Virus record (IMG/VR): IMGVR_UViG_3300037313_000296 | Location: 1 to 35,119 of that record | Source of the DNA: a virus | Taxonomy: Duplodnaviria; Caudoviricetes | Strand: one strand, 5' to 3' | Length of the DNA: 35,119 nucleotides | Shown: positions 1 through 5,996 of the stretch, one piece after another | Numbering within the stretch: position 1 is the first letter of the stretch | How the letters are laid out: every line of letters begins with the position of its first letter | The notes under the pieces: model-generated | Told to the model about the DNA's origin: nothing | Database searches by the model: none | The model's input: the letters and a program-made list of their open reading frames with translations, nothing else | Position numbers and translations under genes: made by a program

Positions 1-240
1 GGATTTTTTTTTGAGGCAAGATCTGCTTTAGTGATCACCCAAAAAACGTGTATGCTCGGTTCTGTATACAGCCCTGAACAGGTGTTTGGGGCTTGACAAA
101 CGACACGGGACCACTCAAAGGATCGAGACACTCCGGGCGGGCCTGCCCAAGGGGATTGGCCTTCTCCCCACCGACCTCTTTGGCGCATCTCGGTCCCTTG
201 AGTCGCCCCGTGTAGGGCGACAGGATCGACGCTAAGGGGC

Positions 241-441
241 CTAGGCGCCCTTCTGAGCGGCTTTCCCCTTCCGGACGACGTTCAGGCCCAGTGAGACGCC
301 GGGGGCGCCCTCAATCGACGTGAAGCCAGATGTCGTGGCGATGATGTTCGTCTTGCCAGAAGTGGAGGGGCCGAAGTCCTGCGACAGGTCGATCTCGATG
401 GTCAGCTTGGTGCCCTTAACCGTGGTCTTAACGTTCTGCAT
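241..441 (-). CDS. Small early protein (66 aa), conserved-looking hypothetical
   Basis: ATG at 441 with RBS GGGAGGA upstream; phage-like codon usage; KLTIEIDLS..GPSxSGKTxIIA pattern resembles a widespread small beta-rich family I cannot name. Confidence 0.8.
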   Translation of the reverse strand: MQNVKTTVKGTKLTIEIDLSQDFGPSTSGKTNIIATTSGFTSIEGAPGVSLGLNVVRKGKAAQKGA

Positions 442-464
442 ACAAAATTCCTCCCAAAGGTGTA

Positions 465-538
465 GTAGGGAACGGCCTCTTCAGTGACCGCTTGACGGTC
501 AGACCCCTCGTGTGGAGGGGTTTCGGCCTGCACTCTAC
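465..538 (-). ncRNA. Type II hammerhead ribozyme
   Basis: Minus strand 528->474 reads GGCC GAA ACCCCUC CACAC GAGGGGU C UGACCG UCAAG CGGUCA CUGAAGA GGCC: complete CUGANGA and GAAA core, perfect 7-bp stem III, GUC cleavage triplet (cut between 502 and 501), perfect 6-bp stem I, open stem II closed by G10.1-C11.1. Confidence 0.9.
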
Positions 539-606
539 CCCAGTTCCTAGGCGCCCAGACGGTGGGCGAAGTCGGCCCGAAACCCGGTGCTTCATGTTGA
601 GCATGG

Positions 607-795
607 TTACACCCTCTCCAGTAGGACTTCCGGATCGAAAAGGTCCTCCAGCAGGAACAGAAGGCCGTAGTTACGCTCAAGGACCTTGGGCGGATCGATG
701 TCAAGGCCGTATTGGGACGCTTGGACTGCGTCACACTCGAAACGGTTGCTCAGACTGTTCAGGGTCTCGTAAGCCTTGCGGAAAGCCTCCAGCAT
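607..795 (-). CDS. Hypothetical early protein (62 aa, MLEAFRKAYE...)
   Basis: ATG at 795 with RBS AGGAGGAG; the longer ORF-track start at 873 overlaps the upstream gene. Confidence 0.75.
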   Translation of the reverse strand: MLEAFRKAYETLNSLSNRFECDAVQASQYGLDIDPPKVLERNYGLLFLLEDLFDPEVLLERV

Positions 796-806
796 GGTTA
801 CTCCTC

Positions 807-983
807 CTACTTGGTCAGCATAATGGTCTTGGAGCGGATATCGGCAGAATACCCGGCGCCTTGTTCTTCCCACTCATACTGGGCACGCCATGCCGAGCCG
901 TAGCAGGCTCCGAAGCCCGTACTGTGATCCCAAAGACCGCCCTTGTAGAAATGTACGATGTAGCGAATGGTAGCCGTAGGCAT
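807..983 (-). CDS. Hypothetical early protein (58 aa, MPTATIRYIVHFYKGGLWDHSTGFG...)
   Basis: Not in the ORF track (<60 aa); ATG at 983 preceded by GGGGAGTGATGGGAG; its TAG overlaps the RBS of the next gene. Confidence 0.7.
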   Translation of the reverse strand: MPTATIRYIVHFYKGGLWDHSTGFGACYGSAWRAQYEWEEQGAGYSADIRSKTIMLTK

Positions 984-989
984 CTCCCA

Positions 990-1336
990 TCACTCCCCAG
1001 TTCTCTGTCGGATCGGCCCAGCTTTTCAGCTTCTGGCCTCAATTGCAGGCCCAGCCTTGCGGCTGAGTCCTGCTATCAGGTCAGAAACCTGTTACTTTGG
1101 TTGGTTGTTTTTGCGGGGCATCATACCCGGCTAGCACTACACGCAGGGTTAAACATCTGCGCTAGTTGACTTGCGACTATGGCCTACTGCCTATGGTGGC
1201 AGGTCACGGTCATAGAAGGCCCGTTTGACGCTCGGACAGCGCATTCGCTAGATCTGGTCTTACGTGCAATCTGGCTAGGCCAGTTCCCACTGCCTCATTC
1301 TGGGGGCCGGGGCCGGGTCCGTCGCTTCCGGATCTG
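990..1336 (-). ncRNA. Long structured non-coding leader / candidate ncRNA (~340 nt)
   Basis: No credible ORF; starts just after the promoter at 1342-1370; terminal pairing CGGCCC/GGGCCG and many hairpins (CUGGC/GCCAG, CUGCC/GGCAG, CUAGC/GCUAG, CAGGU/ACCUG, CAGCC-GCAA-GGCUG). Confidence 0.5.
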
Positions 1337-1341
1337 AGACC

Positions 1342-1370
1342 ATCTTACCACACTACCGATTCGCTGTCAA
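1342..1370 (-). promoter_or_regulatory. sigmaA early promoter P1
   Basis: TTGACA-17-TAAGAT with extended -10 TG. Confidence 0.85.
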
Positions 1371-1562
1371 GATCGATTTTGTAGTTTGGTTCGATGGGGT
1401 TGGGTCTTGCCCACTGTCCAGCCGTCCTGCCCTACAAAGAGGAGATGTGCCAGACCTGTGGAGCGTCGGACGAATCCAGCCGATCAACGGATCGGCCTTC
1501 ACCTTCTATCCAGACCGCCCCTCTCGGGTACGGCCCAGACCCGGCGCTTTCGACTTGATCCC

Positions 1563-1591
1563 ATCTTAGCATACTACGTTTTCGATGTCAA
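1563..1591 (-). promoter_or_regulatory. sigmaA early promoter P2
   Basis: TTGACA-17-TAAGAT with extended -10 TG; upstream AACTACAAA(A/T)TCG shared with P1. Confidence 0.85.
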
Positions 1592-1792
1592 CACCGAATT
1601 TGTAGTTCGTTGGGTCCGGGTCCGGTCTAGGATCGGCGAGCTAGCCTGCACCGTTTCGGTCTCACTCCCGTACCTGCCCCCATACTGGGATGACAGTCCA
1701 GAGGAAAGGTGTTGACCTACCTGCCGTGCTTCTAGTCCAGCCAGACCGTCCCTTGCGGGATGGGTCTCGCTCCGTGCCCTTGACCTGAGACC

Positions 1793-1821
1793 AGTGTAGC
1801 ACGTGGCACATGCTATGTCAA
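1793..1821 (-). promoter_or_regulatory. sigmaA early promoter P3
   Basis: TTGACA-17-TACACT with extended -10 TG and AT-rich upstream tract. Confidence 0.85.
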
Positions 1822-1855
1822 TGACAAATATGTTACAAAACGCAGGGGTTAGGGG

Positions 1856-1869
1856 AGAACTTTTGTTCG
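1856..1869. promoter_or_regulatory. Putative LexA/DinR (Cheo) box
   Basis: AGAACTTTTGTTCG matches the Bacillota GAAC-N4-GTTC core; lies between divergent early and late promoters. Confidence 0.45.
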
Positions 1870-2042
1870 GCTTTTGTACTGACTGGTCAGTTCAGTAGGG
1901 GAGGGGTTGCTTAATTCATTTCGCAAGTACGGGGTGGGGTCCAAAACACCTCCTCCCCCGCAGACCTTCGCCGCCAAAATCACCACCCATGCAAATCTCT
2001 GTCCCTTTCTTGCAAAAAATCTCCCCAAAATACCATTTCTCG

Positions 2043-2051
2043 TGCTATAAT
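2043..2051 (+). promoter_or_regulatory. Late promoter, extended -10 without a -35
   Basis: TGcTATAAT upstream of RBS AAGGGGTGA and the GTG at 2078; -35 position reads CCCCAA, so probably activator-dependent. Confidence 0.6.
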
Positions 2052-2077
2052 GACTACAAAAGGGGTGACATAACGCC

Positions 2078-2569
2078 GTGCTGATCGAGATGCTCAAGAA
2101 AAGCCCGGTCTTCGAACCTCTCTCTGAAGAGGACAAGCAGATCTTTGCTCGGCTGGCCCATGCTTTTGAGTCCCAATCGTCCAACCTGTTCCTCGCTCCT
2201 GACGAACTCGAAGTGTCCACATCCGTTGGCAACCGTTTTCAGTGGTCGGCCTTCCTAGTTCTGGAGCCTGTGCAGGCATACATCAAGACCCAGATGGCCC
2301 AACGTACGCAGATCGCTCAACGTAAGGCCGTCTTCCATCTTGAACAGCAGGCCAAAGCAGGCAACGTCCAAGCGGCGAAGGAGATCAACGTCCTCTCCGG
2401 CATTATGTCGCAGGAAGACCAGAACAAAGTCGTCATCCTCCATCAGATCCAGAGGCCCAAGCTCATCACCGCTCAGCCCCAAAACAGGACCTACCTCACC
2501 CAGTCAGAGGTCCCAACAGAGGAGGAAGAAAAGGATGGCCCGATACCGTCAGAAACCCCCGGTCATTGA
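2078..2569 (+). CDS. Putative terminase small subunit
   Basis: First gene of the late arm, helical, AKAGNVQAAKEI motif typical of TerS oligomerisation helices; GTG start with RBS. Confidence 0.55.
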   Translation: MLIEMLKKSPVFEPLSEEDKQIFARLAHAFESQSSNLFLAPDELEVSTSVGNRFQWSAFLVLEPVQAYIKTQMAQRTQIAQRKAVFHLEQQAKAGNVQAAKEINVLSGIMSQEDQNKVVILHQIQRPKLITAQPQNRTYLTQSEVPTEEEEKDGPIPSETPGH

Positions 2570-2789
2570 TGCTGAACAATTCCTGCCGGATGCCAACCAG
2601 ATCCCGATTGGTGTCTACTCCAGTGGACAGGGCGATCCTCGCACGGATTCGGCCTTGTCTTGGATGATCAACACCATCAACGGTCCCCAGCAGATCCATA
2701 ACGGTGATTGGGTCATCACGGACAGCGGCTTCAAGCGCATCATGGACCCAGCAACCTTCGCCAATACCTACGAACTGGAGGAGAGCTAA
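2535..2789 (+). CDS. Small conserved phage protein (YRxKPxVIxAEQF...GDWVI...FxxTYE family), possible nucleotide-signal sponge
   Basis: ATG at 2535 after GGAGGAAGAAAAGG; family motif recognised; adjacent to the DUF2829 gene. Confidence 0.7.
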   Translation: MARYRQKPPVIDAEQFLPDANQIPIGVYSSGQGDPRTDSALSWMINTINGPQQIHNGDWVITDSGFKRIMDPATFANTYELEES

Positions 2790-2790
2790 A

Positions 2791-3045
2791 ATGACGCAGG
2801 ACGCAGGCTTCGGTTTTGACTCGGCTTTGATCCATCTGAAGCAGGGCAACAAGGTTGCCCGAAAGGGCTGGAACGGCAAGGGCATGTTCCTGTTCCTGAT
2901 CGAGAACTGGGCCTTCACGGACGGCAAGCATGATAACTACCCGAACCTCCCCTTCATCGCCATGAAAACCGCCGATAACAAGGTGGTGCCATGGCTGGCG
3001 TCTCAGACTGACATCCTTGCTTCGGATTGGGAGGTTGTGAACTAA
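2791..3045 (+). CDS. tad2: DUF2829 protein, Tad2-family (Thoeris anti-defence) sponge
   Basis: F..AL..LK.G.KVARKGWNGKGMFL ... MKTADNKVVPWLASQTDILASDW signature; ATG at 2791 with GGAGGAG RBS. Confidence 0.8.
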   Translation: MTQDAGFGFDSALIHLKQGNKVARKGWNGKGMFLFLIENWAFTDGKHDNYPNLPFIAMKTADNKVVPWLASQTDILASDWEVVN

Positions 3046-3611
3046 TGGGCCTTCCGATGCAGATGCCTGCGCCTAATGGCGCCCCGGTTCAAACCCCACA
3101 GGCTACCCCAGTTCCTCAGCCCCAACAGGCCCCTCCTGATCCCAAGCAGGTCGTCTTGGACCTGATCATCCAGTCGGCTCAGCAAGATCTGAACTTCGAC
3201 GTGAAGACGAAGGGGGTTTTGGCGCTTGCCCAAGCCTATAAGACGTTGGTCGATGCCGAAAACCCGCAGGGTCAGCAGGGGATTCCTCCCGAGATCCAAG
3301 CCCAGATCGCCCAGCAAGAGTCGGCGCACGGCATGCAGTTGAAGGAGCTTGAACTTCAAGCCAACCTCAAGCTGAAGGCCGCAGAGCTTCAGATGAAGCA
3401 ACAGGCGACGATGGCGAAGATCCAGAGTGACCAGCAGGTCGCAGGACTCAAGGCCCAGACTGTTGCTCAGGACGCCCAGATCAAGGCGGCTCAGGCCGAG
3501 CAGGCCATGCAACAGCAGGCCGAGGCCCATCAGGTCGATCAGGCCGTCAAGGTTGCCGACGCCCAGACCCGTAAGGAGCAGGCTAAGGATACTCCGAAGA
3601 AGGAGGGTTAG
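3045..3611 (+). CDS. Gln/Ala-rich coiled-coil protein, likely virion-associated
   Basis: ATG at 3045 overlapping the previous TAA; RBS GGAGG; Pro/Gln-rich N-terminus and long helical C-terminus. Confidence 0.75.
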   Translation: MGLPMQMPAPNGAPVQTPQATPVPQPQQAPPDPKQVVLDLIIQSAQQDLNFDVKTKGVLALAQAYKTLVDAENPQGQQGIPPEIQAQIAQQESAHGMQLKELELQANLKLKAAELQMKQQATMAKIQSDQQVAGLKAQTVAQDAQIKAAQAEQAMQQQAEAHQVDQAVKVADAQTRKEQAKDTPKKEG

Positions 3612-3613
3612 AG

Positions 3614-3733
3614 ATGATCTGGATAAACTTTGAACTCTGGTCTTATTCAGCAGGGCGATGGTTTATCTGTGATCGGATCTACCAAAAGGGCCGTTGGACG
3701 CCGTTCATCTGGGTATCCCGCCGCTATCGGTGA
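3614..3733 (+). CDS. Putative 39-aa Trp/Arg-rich peptide (MIWINFELWSYSAGRWFICDRIYQKGRWTPFIWVSRRYR)
   Basis: Strong RBS AAGGAGGG a few nt before ATG 3614, directly after the previous stop; below the ORF-track cutoff. Confidence 0.45.
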   Translation: MIWINFELWSYSAGRWFICDRIYQKGRWTPFIWVSRRYR

Positions 3734-3918
3734 CATCATGCCTTTGTGGGCCGACGCACCCTCTTCAGCAGGGTCGGAGGCTATCACACCCCGCTCCACC
3801 CATCCTTCCCTAGTTCTCCAGCCATTCTAGAACCGATCTTGCTATGGTAGTTGTGCCCAATCAGCTACCATAGCAAGGCTCCCCAACAACTATGCCAACA
3901 AAGGGGCGAAAGTCGAGG

Positions 3919-5448
3919 ATGATCTGTCTCCACTGTCATGTTGGCGAGATGCAGAAACCCGCCGACAATCACCCCAGTTATATCGTCTGTAGTTCGTGTG
4001 GAGCCATCGAGCTTACATACACCCCACAGGACTACCAGCAACCGATCCATGAGGTCCCCTACATCCCAATGGTCGATCCGGAAACTGGGGAAGAACGTAC
4101 CCGGATGCAGATTGTGGGCGCCTTTGGCGGCTATGGTTCGGGCAAGTCAAAGTCCTCTCTGACCGAGGTCCTGATTCGGGCCTTAGAAAACCCCGGTGGC
4201 ACGGGCCTTTTGACCGCTCCAACTCTTCAGCAGTTGAAGCGCACGACTTTGAAGACCTTCTTCCAAGAGATTTGCCCTCCTCCGCTCATCGAAAACTACA
4301 ACAAGACCGATGGCGAAATCCGGCTGATTAACGGGTTCACCTTCTTCACCATCCCGAGTGATGATGAAGAGAAGCTCCGTTCAATCAACGCTGGCCTGAT
4401 CCACATGGAAGAGGCTTCGGGCATCAAACGAACCATTTTTGACCAGCTTTTGACCCGTATGCGTGACCCTTTTGTCAAAAATCGCATGTTTATGGTCTGT
4501 TCCAACCCCGACTTGGGCTGGATCAAGGAAGTCTTGGTCGATAATGACGCTCGAAAAGACCCGAAGCACCCTGAGCATGAGGACTACAACCCGGCGATCA
4601 CGGTCTTTGTGTGGCCTACCCACCTTAACAAGCACCTGCCGCCCGACTTTATCGAGATCAACTCGAAGGGCAAGCCGGAATGGTGGATCAAGCGTTACCT
4701 GTTGGGGTCCTTCGAACACTCGGAGGGCATGGTCTACCCCAGTTTCGCCAACACCTTCGTCGATTCCAGCGAGTATGGTCCAATCCCGGCACACTGGGAA
4801 CGATTCGTCACGCTCGACCACGGTCTGCGTAACCCAACGGCAGTCTACTTCCACGCTATCAACCCAGATAAGGGCGAAGTCGTCACCTATGACGAATACT
4901 ACTTCCCTAATCGTCTAGTTCCGGCCCACGCTCAAGCTCTAAAGCCGATGATCGAAGAGATCCCACTCGGGCGCCTTCGCTTCATGGTGGCAGACCCGTC
5001 GATTAAGAACAAAACTGACCCAGTTAATGGCAAGTCAGTACAGGGCCTCTATCAGGAATACGGCCTCTTCTTCCAGCCGGGCAATAATAGCATCGAAACA
5101 GGCATCCTTCGGGTCAACTCTTACATCGAACGGGGCAAGTGGAAGATCTTCCGTGACAAGTGCCCCAATCTCTGTCGGGAAGGCATCGGCTACAAATTCC
5201 CCGACTTGTCGATGGATGATGCCGACGAAAACCTCGATGAAAAGCCCGTCAAGAAGAATGACCATGCGATGGACTCCGTTCGGTACGGATTCATGCGTCT
5301 GCCGGACGACCCAGATCTCCTCGCAACCGACGCCTTCGAGCCGGGCAAATATAAGAGGACAGATAAGGACCGCAACCGGGACTGGGAAGACGAAGACGAC
5401 GACCTGATGGCAGAACACGCAGGGAGGGACTGGACGAGCTATGTCTGA
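3919..5448 (+). CDS. terL: Terminase large subunit
   Basis: Walker A GGYGSGKS, Walker B IHMEEA, coupling motif CSNP, RNase H-like nuclease LDHG...DPS...DHAMDSVRY; start likely 3919 (alternative 3892). Confidence 0.95.
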   Translation: MICLHCHVGEMQKPADNHPSYIVCSSCGAIELTYTPQDYQQPIHEVPYIPMVDPETGEERTRMQIVGAFGGYGSGKSKSSLTEVLIRALENPGGTGLLTAPTLQQLKRTTLKTFFQEICPPPLIENYNKTDGEIRLINGFTFFTIPSDDEEKLRSINAGLIHMEEASGIKRTIFDQLLTRMRDPFVKNRMFMVCSNPDLGWIKEVLVDNDARKDPKHPEHEDYNPAITVFVWPTHLNKHLPPDFIEINSKGKPEWWIKRYLLGSFEHSEGMVYPSFANTFVDSSEYGPIPAHWERFVTLDHGLRNPTAVYFHAINPDKGEVVTYDEYYFPNRLVPAHAQALKPMIEEIPLGRLRFMVADPSIKNKTDPVNGKSVQGLYQEYGLFFQPGNNSIETGILRVNSYIERGKWKIFRDKCPNLCREGIGYKFPDLSMDDADENLDEKPVKKNDHAMDSVRYGFMRLPDDPDLLATDAFEPGKYKRTDKDRNRDWEDEDDDLMAEHAGRDWTSYV

Positions 5449-5701
5449 TAAAAAGAAACAGCGACCCGGCCCTTATGTCGAAGATATCGTCGTGATTCGG
5501 CGCCGACTCCGCATCAACAACGATAAGGTCGAGGGGAGTCTTAAAGTCTGGGCCAGCTCTGCCGACGACGAGCTGATTCTCGGAGTTCTAGAACGAGCCA
5601 AATGGTTCGTACTTGAAGGCGAGTACACCCATGAAGAAGGCATGAAGGTCGAGGGCTTGATGGGTGCCGATGATAAGAAGGAGGATAAGCCAAATGCGTA
5701 A
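5441..5701 (+). CDS. Hypothetical protein
   Basis: Translationally coupled to terL; coding-like composition. Confidence 0.65.
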   Translation: MSDKKKQRPGPYVEDIVVIRRRLRINNDKVEGSLKVWASSADDELILGVLERAKWFVLEGEYTHEEGMKVEGLMGADDKKEDKPNA

Positions 5702-5996
5702 GCCTCGGGCCAAGACAAGGCTCTATGCTATCTACTACAAGGACAACTCCTACATGACCTACGAACTGACCGAAGCTGACTACAATGCTTTAACAAAGGC
5801 AATCGACGCCAAAATGCCTGTCAAGTTGAGTGTCGGTCAGCTTGTGACAGAGGACATCCGGGCCGTCATTATTCAGAAGGAACAGCCGAAGGTTGAGACT
5901 AAGCCCGACAAGCCTGCTGTTCCGGACCTCTCTGTCGAGGAAATGACGTATCTAAAGGCCGTGCTGTCTGGTACGTATGAGGAGGATATGCAGTAA
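5694..5996 (+). CDS. Hypothetical protein
   Basis: ATG at 5694 after AAGGAGG; stop overlaps the portal start. Confidence 0.75.
   Translation: MRKPRAKTRLYAIYYKDNSYMTYELTEADYNALTKAIDAKMPVKLSVGQLVTEDIRAVIIQKEQPKVETKPDKPAVPDLSVEEMTYLKAVLSGTYEEDMQ

Noticed and set aside
202-221. GTCGCCCC... resemblance to the start of a type I-C CRISPR repeat
   Set aside because: Single copy, lacks the GGATTGAAA(C/T) end, no spacers; explained as a simple hairpin
1073-1114. tmRNA-like tag frame on the minus strand (GCA AAA ACA ACC AAC CAA ... TGA TAG)
   Set aside because: Peptide lacks the terminal LAA-type degron and no tRNA-like domain (acceptor stem, T-arm, CCA) is visible
492-1169. 225-aa plus-strand ORF and the 109-aa ORF at 1386-1715
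   Set aside because: No RBS, atypical composition, and antisense to RBS-supported minus-strand genes, promoters and the hammerhead
1804-1818. sigma54-like TGGCAC here and at 7944
   Set aside because: The required -12 TGC is absent; the first lies within the P3 spacer
3751-3777. Second CUGAAGAG on the minus strand as a possible hammerhead
   Set aside because: No correctly placed GAAA or stems I and III
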